Assembly: GCA_963791615.1 (NCBI GenBank)
Contig: CAWBTE010000005.1
Location: 136,033-200,032 of the forward strand
Direction of reading: 5' to 3'
Source: an uncultured Pseudomonadota bacterium
GTDB taxonomy: Bacteria > Pseudomonadota > Gammaproteobacteria > Steroidobacterales > Steroidobacteraceae
DNA: 64,000 nucleotides
Positions 44,403 through 53,973 of this stretch are shown here, one piece after another. The notes under the pieces are model-generated. The model was not told the DNA's origin and made no database searches. It was given only the letters and a program-made list of their open reading frames with translations. Position numbers and translations under genes: made by a program. How positions within the stretch are numbered: position 1 is the first letter of the stretch; the number at the start of each line of letters is the position of its first letter.

Positions 44403-44736
44403 ACTCTTAAGGCCTATATTCGACGCTCCTCGGAGTACATCCAACAACAAGCGTGGCTGGCCCTGATACACGTTACTTGCCAGGCCATGCGCCTGCCAGC
44501 TGACTGAAATGCCGTTGAGAACTGAGTGGTGATGCGGCTGCCTGACCACAGGCCGTGAGCATTTAACATCACGCTGGATTTCTTCTCACCCGTTACCCGG
44601 GGTGTGTGAGCCCACGCACACTTTGAGCGGTCGCGAGAAATTTCCGGCCCGGGCGTCAACCCGTGCGTTCCAGATTCGTTGTTGCTGTCATCCGGATAAC
44701 AAACCGACTGAACAACGACCCCTGGAGATCTGAGCA

Positions 44737-45327
44737 ATGAACACCGTACGTCAACACATTCGAATTCTGCTGTCGGCGACCGCCATCGCTGCACCGCTGG
44801 TACTGGGCCTGATGAGCCCGGCGGCCGAGGCCCGCGAGCGGGCCGTGCAGCGTAGCAATGCCGCAGGCGCCACCATTCACCGTAATACTGTGCGCAAGAT
44901 GGAAAGCGGCACGGTTACCAGCAACAACACACGAGTGGGCGCCAATGGTCAGGTCAGCACCCGCACCAGCACGGGGACACTCGACAAGGAAGCCGGCACC
45001 TGGTCGCGCAGCGCAATCACCACGGGCCCGAACGGCAAGACCAGCACCTTCAATGCCGATGTGGTCAAAACCGAAGACGGTTATGTACGTGACGCCAGCC
45101 GCGTCGGCCCCAATGGCAAAACCTCCAGCACACACACGGAGATGGTGAAGACCGAAGACGGCCGCTCTGTTGACACGACGCATACCGGCCCCAATGGCGG
45201 GGTGAGCACACGCTCCACCGATGTTGTGCGCACCGAAAACGGCAGCGAACGCAGCACCACGGTTACGGGCCCGCAAGGTCAGACCCGCTCAACGGTCACA
45301 AGCCGCACGTTCACGCCCGCCCCCTGA
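44737..45327 (+). CDS. Secreted protein with five tandem ~27-aa G-x-N-G repeats
   Basis: 196 aa with signal peptide MNTVRQHIRILLSATAIAAPLVLGLMSPAAEA. The repeats are GANGQVSTRTSTGTLDKEAGTWSRSAITT / GPNGKTSTFNADVVKTEDGYVRDASRV / GPNGKTSSTHTEMVKTEDGRSVDTTHT / GPNGGVSTRSTDVVRTENGSERSTTVT / GPQGQTRSTVTSRTF. Confidence 0.65.
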   Translation: MNTVRQHIRILLSATAIAAPLVLGLMSPAAEARERAVQRSNAAGATIHRNTVRKMESGTVTSNNTRVGANGQVSTRTSTGTLDKEAGTWSRSAITTGPNGKTSTFNADVVKTEDGYVRDASRVGPNGKTSSTHTEMVKTEDGRSVDTTHTGPNGGVSTRSTDVVRTENGSERSTTVTGPQGQTRSTVTSRTFTPAP

Positions 45328-45428
45328 TTGCCTCGCCCCCTTGCGGGCACTTCCTGTGGAGGTGCCCGCATTCTTGATGGCTGTCGTATAGTTGACCGTG
45401 AATTCACTTTTCTTTCTGCGGATGTTCC

Positions 45429-46367
45429 ATGCAACCCACTCTCACTGTTCGCAACAGCTCGCTGGCCCTGTGTCTGCTGGGCCTGACGTTCACGGCACAC
45501 GCTGCCGATGACAGTTATGTATCGGCCATGAACTATGTGTCGCTGGATGTGCAGGCCGACAATGCCGACAGTCGCGATGTGTCCTTCACAGGCAGTCTTG
45601 GCATGGGTCAGTATTTCTGGCTGCAGGGCAGCGTCGGCAAGCTGGAGGACAGCAGCAACCTCAACCTGGGCGACATGAATCACTTCGGCATCGGCATGGG
45701 GCTGCAGGGCCAGCATCTGATGTTCAGGATCAATACCAGCCGCTATAGCAGCGATGGTGCGTACCGGCAACGCGATGTGGATGCCAGCATTGAATGGCGT
45801 GCCGAACGTTTCACGGCGGGTTTCGATGCCAAGCATCGCAGCACCGACAACAGTCTGGATACGGTGCGCAACTTTCCCACGCTGGGGCAGACCAATGTCG
45901 CACTGCATGTTGACGAGACGCTGACTGGCCGCGGCTATGGCGCACACGCTTCATTCGAAGTGACGGATGCGTTCAGTGTTTATCTGGCCGGCATGACCTA
46001 CAGCTACGACAGCGACTACACGCTGACCTCCAGCACCAATCCGTTGCTGGTCCGGCGCCTGCTGAACCAGTATCCCACCCTTGCCGAAACTCTTTACTTG
46101 AACGATTCCGGCCTGACCCGCTCGCTGGCGCTGCTGGATAGCAGTTACAACCTCGGCGCCAGTTACCAGTTCAACTCGGCGCTGCTGTCCGCACAATATT
46201 TCATCGACCAGGCGCTCGACACCGGCGACCAGACCCAGACTGCCAGCGTCGGGCTGAGTTTCTTCGTGGGCGATCACTGGATTCTGGCGCCGCAGCTGGG
46301 TCAATCGAGCAGCGATGTCGCCGGCGACGTTACTTTTGGCGGACTGTCGATCAGCTACAACTGGTAA
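45429..46367 (+). CDS. Outer-membrane beta-barrel protein (unknown family)
   Basis: 312 aa with signal peptide MQPTLTVRNSSLALCLLGLTFTAHA. It shows an alternating-strand pattern and ends FGGLSISYNW. Confidence 0.65.
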   Translation: MQPTLTVRNSSLALCLLGLTFTAHAADDSYVSAMNYVSLDVQADNADSRDVSFTGSLGMGQYFWLQGSVGKLEDSSNLNLGDMNHFGIGMGLQGQHLMFRINTSRYSSDGAYRQRDVDASIEWRAERFTAGFDAKHRSTDNSLDTVRNFPTLGQTNVALHVDETLTGRGYGAHASFEVTDAFSVYLAGMTYSYDSDYTLTSSTNPLLVRRLLNQYPTLAETLYLNDSGLTRSLALLDSSYNLGASYQFNSALLSAQYFIDQALDTGDQTQTASVGLSFFVGDHWILAPQLGQSSSDVAGDVTFGGLSISYNW

Positions 46368-46457
46368 GTGGCCATCCTGTAGAAACTTCGGGGTGGATGC
46401 TTCAGGCGACGCGCCCGCGTAAACTAGTGGCTCTTTTCCCGTAGTTGAGGTTGAACC

Positions 46458-47018
46458 ATGAGCCTGTCGTTGCGTGAGCAATTGCTGCAAGCCGGGTTGG
46501 TCAGTTCCAAACAGGCTAAACAGGCCGAGCAGCAGAAACACCAGCAAACCAGGCAACAGCAAAAAACCCAGCCCCGCTCGCAGCCCGCTGCGCCTACTGC
46601 CCAGCAACTGGCGCAACAGCAGGTGCATGCCGCCAAAGTCGCACGCGATCAGGAACTGAATCGTCTGCGCCAGGAAGCCAGGGAGCGTCAGGCGCGGCTT
46701 GCCGAGATTCGCCAGATCGTCGAACAGAACCGCCTGCCGCGCATTGAAAGCGATGACTATTTCAATTTTGTTCACAAGAACAGGATTCACCGCATTGCGG
46801 TGGACGCCAGCTTGCGTGAACGCCTTGCCAGTGGCAGCGTGATGATTGTCCGCTATGGCAAGTTCTATGCGTCCGTGCTGCCGGAAATCGCTGAGCGGGT
46901 ACGCGAGCGTGACGCAGATTCGGTGGTGGATCTGAATGCACAACTGTCGGCTGACCGCGCACCCGCTGAAGACGATCCTTATAAAGACTTCGCAGTGCCG
47001 GATGATTTGATGTGGTGA
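46458..47018 (+). CDS. DUF2058 (YaiL-like) protein
   Basis: 186 aa. It has MSLSLREQLLQAGLVSSKQAKQAEQQKHQQTRQQQ, then a basic/Q-rich helix and a conserved C-terminal domain (FNFVHKNRIHRIAVD). Confidence 0.7.
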   Translation: MSLSLREQLLQAGLVSSKQAKQAEQQKHQQTRQQQKTQPRSQPAAPTAQQLAQQQVHAAKVARDQELNRLRQEARERQARLAEIRQIVEQNRLPRIESDDYFNFVHKNRIHRIAVDASLRERLASGSVMIVRYGKFYASVLPEIAERVRERDADSVVDLNAQLSADRAPAEDDPYKDFAVPDDLMW

Positions 47019-47026
47019 GTCAATCC

Positions 47027-47057
47027 CTGTCATTTCTCGCCACGCTCGAAATGACAG
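47027..47057 (+). terminator. Hairpin after the DUF2058 gene
   Basis: CTGTCATTTC-N11-GAAATGACAG, a 10-bp perfect stem. No strong U-tract, so the function is uncertain. Confidence 0.35.
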
Positions 47058-47074
47058 TCAGGCGATTTCCGTAA

Positions 47075-47812
47075 GTGAAATCTGCAACTCGCAAACACGG
47101 CCTGGCGCGCATCCTGTCGAAGCTGGGCATCTGCTCACGCACGCAGGCTGCTGCGATGATTGCTGCTGGCCGCGTCAGCGTGAACGGCCAGGTGCAACGT
47201 AACCCGGAACATCCCACCGACGGCACGCGCGATCGCATCAACATCGACGGCCATACAATACAAGCGGCAGAGCGCTTTTATATGGCCCTCAACAAACCCC
47301 GCGGACTGATCGTCAGTACCGCCGATGAACGCGGGCGCGACACCATCTATTCGCTACTTGATGCAACGAACCTGCCCTGGCTGGCGCCGGTGGGTCGGCT
47401 GGATAAAGCCAGCGAAGGATTACTGTTACTCAGCAATGATCCAGAATGGGCCGCCGGCATTACCGAGCCAAAAGGCAGGTTGCTCAAGACCTACCACGTG
47501 CAGATATCCGGCATTCCCGATCAGTCCGTGCTCGATACCATGATCAGCGGCATCGAAGATGCTGGCGAACATCTCCATGCAGTCAGCGTGCAAAGACTGC
47601 GTGTCGGCGAAAAAAATACCTGGCTTGAAGTGATTCTGGACGAAGGTCGCAACCGTCACATCCGGCGTTTACTGAGCGCACTGGATCATGAAGTGCTGCG
47701 GCTGGTGCGTATCGCCATTGGATCTGTGGAACTGGGAACACTGGCCAAAGGGCAATGGCGACGGCTGTCAGCGAGTGAAGCAGCTCAGCTCGCTACAGTA
47801 CGATCTCGTTAG
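47075..47812 (+). CDS. rRNA pseudouridine synthase, RsuA/RluB/RluF family (S4 domain + catalytic domain)
   Basis: 245 aa with a GTG start. It has an S4 domain (LARILSKLGICSRTQAAAMIAAGRVSVNG) and the catalytic motif VGRLDKASEGLLLLSND. Confidence 0.85.
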   Translation: MKSATRKHGLARILSKLGICSRTQAAAMIAAGRVSVNGQVQRNPEHPTDGTRDRINIDGHTIQAAERFYMALNKPRGLIVSTADERGRDTIYSLLDATNLPWLAPVGRLDKASEGLLLLSNDPEWAAGITEPKGRLLKTYHVQISGIPDQSVLDTMISGIEDAGEHLHAVSVQRLRVGEKNTWLEVILDEGRNRHIRRLLSALDHEVLRLVRIAIGSVELGTLAKGQWRRLSASEAAQLATVRSR

Positions 47813-47818
47813 CCCCTG

Positions 47819-49084
47819 TTACCACCCGATGGTCAGGTGTGTGCTGACCCACAGCGCAATCACCATCAAGATCAGACCAGGCACGACACGCAGGCCAAAC
47901 GCAAAGCCACCACTGACGAAGGCAATCACCGCCTTGGTGAGGGTATTGGCGCTAACCGCGAGCAATATGGCGAACACCGCCGTGGCAACAGACATACTGC
48001 CGCCCACCGCGAGTGTTGCTGCAGACGCCGTTGACGAATGTGCATCAGCGAAACCGGCCAGCACCACACCGATGCTGGCGCCCGCAGCGCCATAGCGATC
48101 AGCCAGAAAAGCTGAGACCAGCATCACTACCGTCACCATCAGGGCAAACCCGAAAGCGCGTTTCAACTCGAAGGCACGCCCCGGCAACTCGTTGCTGACC
48201 CGGGTTTGTTGCGCGTGCCAGGCAAGCACCACGCCATAAGCTGTCGTCACCAGCGCAACGAACAACAAGGCCGGTAACAGATCGTTGGCCAGGCCCGGAT
48301 TGGCCAGATACAGAATCATGATCAGTTGCAACACCGTGGCCACCGATGACAGCGCCGCGCCTGCGGCAGCAGCACGCATCAGTGGCGGGGTATTGCGATT
48401 GTGGGCCGCCATGGCCGCGATGGTAGCTGCGCTGGAAATAAAACCGCCGAAGAAACCTGCCCAGGCCAGGCCTTGTCCGTTTCTGAAACTGCGGATGGCC
48501 ACGTACCCGATGGCGTTGATCAATAGCACCAATACCGTGATGCGCCAGATCAGATGCGGATTTACTACGCCATAAGGGTCCAGGGCGTGATCCGGCAAAA
48601 CTGGCAGAATGATCAAGGCAGCAGCAGCCAGCAGGATACCGTCGAGCACTTCGCGATCGGACAGACGCCGCTTGACCAGCTCGTGCAGCCAGGAACGCGA
48701 GGCCAGTAACAAGGCCAACACCGTACCCAACGCCGCTGTCAGTTCTGGATGGGTGAGCGCCAGTACACCCAGCGCATAGGTTGCCAGCAATGCAACTTCG
48801 GTGGTGATACCCGGATCATCGCTCCGGGTGCGCCAGTAGCCTGCCGCAGTGAACACCACCACACCCATGCCGAACACAACCATCAGTGCAATCAGCGTGG
48901 AAGCAGCAGCGATTGCGCCGAGCAAGGCAACGATGGCAAAGGTACGCACGCCGGCTACGCTGCGATCGGGTCCACTGCCCTTGCTGCGTTCGCGCTCGAC
49001 GCCAATCAGCAGCCCCACACCCAGCGCCACGACCAGACCGAGCACTGTCGGCGTCCAGACTGAGTCAAAGGCATTCATTGGCAA
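47819..49084 (-). CDS. MgtC/SapB-family + DUF4010 membrane protein
   Basis: 421 aa. The N-terminus LGLVVALGVGLLIGVERERSKGSGPDRSVAGVRTFAIVALLGA is typical of MgtC. About 10 further TM helices follow. Confidence 0.75.
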   Translation of the reverse strand: MPMNAFDSVWTPTVLGLVVALGVGLLIGVERERSKGSGPDRSVAGVRTFAIVALLGAIAAASTLIALMVVFGMGVVVFTAAGYWRTRSDDPGITTEVALLATYALGVLALTHPELTAALGTVLALLLASRSWLHELVKRRLSDREVLDGILLAAAALIILPVLPDHALDPYGVVNPHLIWRITVLVLLINAIGYVAIRSFRNGQGLAWAGFFGGFISSAATIAAMAAHNRNTPPLMRAAAAGAALSSVATVLQLIMILYLANPGLANDLLPALLFVALVTTAYGVVLAWHAQQTRVSNELPGRAFELKRAFGFALMVTVVMLVSAFLADRYGAAGASIGVVLAGFADAHSSTASAATLAVGGSMSVATAVFAILLAVSANTLTKAVIAFVSGGFAFGLRVVPGLILMVIALWVSTHLTIGW

Positions 49085-49107
49085 CTCAGAGTATCAGCTG
49101 CGGCGAC

Positions 49108-49692
49108 TCATTCTTCAGCCTTGACCATCACCCGCTCGATACGCAAATCCGGCACCAGCCACATCAAGGCAACACCCACGTACAGCGCACAGGATAGCCA
49201 CACGTTGACAAAGGCCAAGCCAATGGCGGCTGCGTAAAACAGTGGCGATATCTTGCCCTTGAAGTCACTGCCCAATGCTTGCGCCAGCACTGAGTCCTTG
49301 CCATGCCGGGCGATCAATGCGTGGGCAAGAATGTAGTAAGCGATGGCGGCGCCCAGCAACACGATGCCGTAACCGGCAACCGGCCATGGCGCAAAATGAT
49401 TCTCGCCCATCCAGCCGGTCGCGAACGGCACCAGCGATAACCAGAACAACAAATGCAGGTTGGCCCACAGAATGCGGCCATTCACCTGCTTCACCGCATG
49501 CAGCATGTGGTGGTGATTATTCCAGTAGATGCCGATATACACGAAGCTGAGCACATAACTCAAAGCCACCGGCCACAAGGCCTGCAACGCCGACAGCGAC
49601 GCATCGTGCGGCACCTTCAATTCCAGCACCATGATGGTGATGATGATGGCGATTACGCCATCGCTGAATGCTTCAAGACGGCCTTTGCCCAT
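49108..49692 (-). CDS. TMEM175/DUF1211-family potassium channel
   Basis: 194 aa. It has MGKGRLEAFSDGVIAIIITIMVLELKVP (the RxxxFSD signature helix) and 6 TM segments. Confidence 0.8.
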   Translation of the reverse strand: MGKGRLEAFSDGVIAIIITIMVLELKVPHDASLSALQALWPVALSYVLSFVYIGIYWNNHHHMLHAVKQVNGRILWANLHLLFWLSLVPFATGWMGENHFAPWPVAGYGIVLLGAAIAYYILAHALIARHGKDSVLAQALGSDFKGKISPLFYAAAIGLAFVNVWLSCALYVGVALMWLVPDLRIERVMVKAEE

Positions 49693-52600
49693 CAGAGGTT
49701 TCCACGTGTGGCGATATGGATGATTTGCTCAGTGATGCGCGCAGTTTGCCGACCAGATGACTGACATATTCCGGCGAACGCGTATTGCGCGCCATCAGCA
49801 TGTATACCGCAGGCACCACATACAGCGTCAACACCAGCGACAGCGTGACGCCGAACACGATCACTGCACCGATTGGACGCCGACTTTCGGCGCCCGGGCC
49901 GGATGCCAGTAGCAAGGGCAGGCTGCCAAACACGATACACATGCTGGTCATGAGCACCGGACGCAACCGGGTAGCTGACGCATTGATAATTGCCTCGACA
50001 AACTCCATGCCGCGGTCACGCAACTGGTTGGCAAACTCCACAATCAGAATGCCGTTCTTGGCCGCCAGGCCAATCAGCATCACCGCGCCAATCTGGCTGA
50101 ATACATTGATGGAGCTGCCCTGCCACCACAGCCCCAATGCTGCCCCTGCAATGGCGATCGGCACGGTAGAGAGGATGATGGCCGGGTGCCGGAAGTTTTC
50201 AAACTGAGCCGCCAGCACCAGATAAACGATGACGAGGGCCAGCACGAACATGGTGTACAGCGCGCTGCCAGATTTCTTGAATTCATACGACTGGCCGTCG
50301 TAGCCGATGCTGGCCTCGGGCGGCAGTTCGGTACGCGCCACATTCTCCAGAAAGGTGAGCGCTTCGCCCAATGAATAACCATCGGCCAATCCTGCGGTAA
50401 TCTTGATGGCCCGCTGACGGTTGAAGCGGTTCAATTCCCGGGGAGCAGCCTCCTCTTTCACTACCACCAGATTGGATAGTGGGATCAGGGTGCCTGAATT
50501 GCTGGAGCGCACGTAGATATTGTCGAGATCGCTGGGTGAGGCACGGTCTTCGAGACGGGCCTGCAGCATCACATTGTATTCTTCACCACGATCCACATAC
50601 GTCGTCACTCGGCGGGCGCCGAGCATCGACTCCAGCGTCTGCCCGACGGTTTGCAGTGAAACGCCCAGATCCGCGGCGCGTTGCCGATCAATCTCGATCT
50701 TCAACTGTGGCTTGCGTTCGTCGTAGTCCGACATCGGATTGAGCAATCCGGGGTTGTCGCCGGCGCGCGCCAGAACGATGTCACGCCACTTGACCAGCTC
50801 TTCATAGCTCGGCCCACCCAGCACAAACTGCACCGGTTGGCCACCACCACCGCCGCCGCCACCTAGACCCGTCGGCGTTTGCACCGAGACGCGCACTCCC
50901 GGCAGCGCCGCAAGTTTGCCGCGCACCCGATTGGCCACTTGTTGTGCCGTGTCAGTGCGCTGATCCCAGGAAGATAACAGCAAAACCACTCGTGAGCCGC
51001 CCCCGCCTCCACCCCCGGGGCCGCCGCCACCCATACGCGCAACAAAACTCCTGGCAACGCCGCTTTCAAGCTCTTCCTTGGCCACTTCCTCCGCCTGTCG
51101 CAGGTAGCGATCAATGTACTGAACGCTGGAGCCTTCCGGCGCATTGAGGCTGATCATGATCCAGCCACGATCATCCTGCGGGACATATTCGCTGGGCAGC
51201 GTACGGAAAATGCCATAACCCATGGCAGAAACCAGTACCGCCAACGCAACGACCATCCAGGCATGATGCACTGCCACTGTCAGCGTGCGTCGATAGAACG
51301 CCACCAGCCTGCTGAATGCCGAATCCACGACACGTGTCACCCGACCGCGCACGATGCCGCGCGAGAACATGATGGACGCCAGCATGGGGGTCAGCGTCAA
51401 GGCAACAAAGGAGGAGAACAGGATGGCTGCGGCCATGGAAATGCCGAACTCAGCAAAAAGTTTGCCCAGGTTGCCGGGAATGAAAGAAAGCGGCAAAAAC
51501 ACGGCGGTCAGCGCCAGGGTGGTGGCAATCACCGCAAAGCCGATCTCCTTGCTGCCATCAATCGCCGCAATCAGGGCGGGTTCGCCTTCCTCAATGCGAC
51601 GTACGATGTTTTCCATCACCACGATGGCGTCATCCACCACCAGACCAATCGCCAGCACCGCCCCCAGCAAGGTCAGCACATTAATGGAGAAGCCGAGCGC
51701 CGACATGACCAGACAGGCTGAAACCAGCGACACCGGAATGGTGACCACCGGAATGAGTGTGGCGCGCAAGGTGCCCAGAAAGGCATAAATTACCACCAGC
51801 ACCAGCAGCAGCGCGATCCCGAGCGTCACAATCACTTCATGGATGGAATCAGCCACGAAGGTTGAATTGTCCTGCGCGATGGTGAGCTGTATGTCCTTGG
51901 GCAAATCACGCTTCAGCTCCTCCACCACGTTCCGAACCCCGGCCGCCACCTCAAGTACATTGGCTGTAGAAGTAGGCTGCACTTGCAGGGACACGTCCGG
52001 CTGTCCGGAACGCCGCGACACGGTGCGCGCATCCTCAGGACCAATGTTGACCGTCGCCACTTCGCTCAGTGGCACCAGGTAACCATTGGCGCCACGCCCG
52101 ACCACCAGATTGCGGAAGTCCTGTTCCGAAAGCATTCTGGTATCGGTGCGCAAGGTAAATTCGCGCTGCTCTGACTCCAGTCGTCCGGCGGGCAATTCAA
52201 CATTTTCCCTGCGCAGCGCAGTCTCGACGTCCTGCACGGTCAGTTGCCGCGCCGCAAGCGCACGCCGATCCAGCCAGACGCGCATCGAATATTTCTGCGC
52301 ACCCATGGTCTGCACCGTGGCAACACCGGGTACTACGGTAATACGATCCAGGATGTAGCGATTGGCGTAGTCGGTCAGGTCGCCGACGCTGCGTGTCTCG
52401 CTGCTCAACGACACACCCATCACACTTTCAGAAGTCACATCCACTTTGCTGATCTGCGGCGGATCGGCTTCTACGGGCAAATTGGCCGACACGCGTGACA
52501 CCCGATCGCGTACATCATTGGCCGCTGCCTCGATATCGGTGTCCACGGTGAACTGAAGACTGACGCGCCCATTCTCGTCCTGACTGGATGATTTGAGTTT

Positions 52601-52834
52601 TTCCAGCCCTTCGATCCCCGCCAGCTGGTTCTCCACCACACGGGTAATTTTGGTCTCAATCACATCGGCAGATGCGCCGCGATAGCCAATGCGCACACTG
52701 ACTTCCGGCGCTTCGACTCGCGGATATTCACGGACTGGCAGACGCGACAGCGCCATCAAGCCCAGAATGGTCAGCAACAGGCTGATCACCACGGCGAATA
52801 CCGGACGCCGCACCGAGATGTCGGAAATAATCAT
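49673..52834 (-). CDS. RND (AcrB/HAE1-type) efflux permease with two poly-Gly insertions
   Basis: 1053 aa. It begins MIISDISVRRPVFAVVISLLLTILG and has 12 TM segments and two large periplasmic loops. Gly runs are GGGGPGGGGGGG (50995-51030) and GGGGGGGG (50840-50863). The start overlaps the adaptor stop (ATGA). Confidence 0.9.
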   Translation of the reverse strand: MIISDISVRRPVFAVVISLLLTILGLMALSRLPVREYPRVEAPEVSVRIGYRGASADVIETKITRVVENQLAGIEGLEKLKSSSQDENGRVSLQFTVDTDIEAAANDVRDRVSRVSANLPVEADPPQISKVDVTSESVMGVSLSSETRSVGDLTDYANRYILDRITVVPGVATVQTMGAQKYSMRVWLDRRALAARQLTVQDVETALRRENVELPAGRLESEQREFTLRTDTRMLSEQDFRNLVVGRGANGYLVPLSEVATVNIGPEDARTVSRRSGQPDVSLQVQPTSTANVLEVAAGVRNVVEELKRDLPKDIQLTIAQDNSTFVADSIHEVIVTLGIALLLVLVVIYAFLGTLRATLIPVVTIPVSLVSACLVMSALGFSINVLTLLGAVLAIGLVVDDAIVVMENIVRRIEEGEPALIAAIDGSKEIGFAVIATTLALTAVFLPLSFIPGNLGKLFAEFGISMAAAILFSSFVALTLTPMLASIMFSRGIVRGRVTRVVDSAFSRLVAFYRRTLTVAVHHAWMVVALAVLVSAMGYGIFRTLPSEYVPQDDRGWIMISLNAPEGSSVQYIDRYLRQAEEVAKEELESGVARSFVARMGGGGPGGGGGGGSRVVLLLSSWDQRTDTAQQVANRVRGKLAALPGVRVSVQTPTGLGGGGGGGGQPVQFVLGGPSYEELVKWRDIVLARAGDNPGLLNPMSDYDERKPQLKIEIDRQRAADLGVSLQTVGQTLESMLGARRVTTYVDRGEEYNVMLQARLEDRASPSDLDNIYVRSSNSGTLIPLSNLVVVKEEAAPRELNRFNRQRAIKITAGLADGYSLGEALTFLENVARTELPPEASIGYDGQSYEFKKSGSALYTMFVLALVIVYLVLAAQFENFRHPAIILSTVPIAIAGAALGLWWQGSSINVFSQIGAVMLIGLAAKNGILIVEFANQLRDRGMEFVEAIINASATRLRPVLMTSMCIVFGSLPLLLASGPGAESRRPIGAVIVFGVTLSLVLTLYVVPAVYMLMARNTRSPEYVSHLVGKLRASLSKSSISPHVETSDGQRPS

Positions 52835-53973
52835 CAGGACTCCGCAGTACGCGCAGCGCCGGCCACCATTACCTTGGCGCCGTCACTGAGTTTCTCGCCA
52901 CCTTCCACCACCAGCAGATCGCCGGCCTTCAGCCCTTGCCGCGCTTCCACCATACCCGGCTTGCGCCGCCCGATGGACACCTGCACTTTGCTGGCCGTGT
53001 TGTCATTCACCACATACACATACTGCCGTTCGCCCTGTGGCATCAGCGCCTGCTCGGGAATCATCAACACATTGCCCTGCGAACGGGTCAGATGCACGGT
53101 CATGAACATACCGGGCTTGAGCTTCTGGTCACGATTGTCAATGAGTGCGCGCACCACCACCGAACGGGTGACCGGATCTACCCGCGTAGCCATGCTGCTG
53201 ACACGACCGCGGAAAGACTCACCCAGAAAGGCCGCGCTTTGCGCTTCCACAAGCTGGCCTTCCTTTACCGAGGCCAGATAGCTTTCCGGCATGGTGAAAT
53301 CGAGCTTGATGGTACTGGTATCGTCCAGCGTGCTGATCACCTGACCGGGCGTAACCAGTGACCCCACACTGACAATACGCAGCCCCATGCGACCACCGAA
53401 GGGGGCACGAATCACGGTGTCATTCACGCGTGCCTGTGCTGCATCCACCGCTGCCTTGCTGCTCAGCATCCTGGCTTCCAGCTGGATGAGGTCAGACTCG
53501 GACAGCGCCTTGCTCTGGAATAGCTCGCGGCTGCGCTGGTACTGACTCTGGGTATCACGCAGCGAGGCCTCTGCGGAGGCCAGATTGGCGCGCGCTTCTG
53601 AGCCATCAAACTCGATCAGCACTGCGCCCTGCTTGACGAACTGACCTTCGCGAAAATGCACCGCCACCACGCGATTGGTGGACTTGGCAGTAATATCAAC
53701 CGCCTCATTGGATTTGGCGGTACCCAGCGCTTCGGTTTCGTCAACAAAGTTACTTAGCTTGATGGGCTCCGCCACCACCGCAACGGCACGACTGGCACCC
53801 GCACCGGCGCCCATACCCGCAGCAGCCATACCGCTACCGGCTTGAGTCCCGGCCACCGGGGAATCGTTGTCATCAGCCTCATTGCTACACGCACTCACCC
53901 CCATCCAGGCAGCGAACACCAGACAAAGCACACGTCGCGCAGGTTGACCCGCTAGATTCAAACTGAATTTCAC
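52834..53973 (-). CDS. RND efflux periplasmic adaptor lipoprotein
   Basis: 379 aa with a GTG start sharing a base with the cysK stop. It has lipobox GVSAC and an MFP coiled coil (ANLASAEASLRDTQSQYQRSRELF...QLEARMLSSKAAVDAAQARV). Confidence 0.85.
   Translation of the reverse strand: MKFSLNLAGQPARRVLCLVFAAWMGVSACSNEADDNDSPVAGTQAGSGMAAAGMGAGAGASRAVAVVAEPIKLSNFVDETEALGTAKSNEAVDITAKSTNRVVAVHFREGQFVKQGAVLIEFDGSEARANLASAEASLRDTQSQYQRSRELFQSKALSESDLIQLEARMLSSKAAVDAAQARVNDTVIRAPFGGRMGLRIVSVGSLVTPGQVISTLDDTSTIKLDFTMPESYLASVKEGQLVEAQSAAFLGESFRGRVSSMATRVDPVTRSVVVRALIDNRDQKLKPGMFMTVHLTRSQGNVLMIPEQALMPQGERQYVYVVNDNTASKVQVSIGRRKPGMVEARQGLKAGDLLVVEGGEKLSDGAKVMVAGAARTAES

Noticed and set aside
44414-44736. 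323-bp gap upstream of the repeat-protein gene, examined for a riboswitch or small RNA
   Set aside because: I found no recognisable conserved RNA motif, terminator or strong structure by eye. The minus-strand ORF 44414..44794 has an implausible composition. I leave it unannotated.
45951-47033. 360-aa minus-strand ORF
   Set aside because: It is antisense to the barrel protein and DUF2058 genes and spans their intergenic region; a shadow ORF. The same reasoning applies to 45279..45947 and 44656..45276 on the minus strand.
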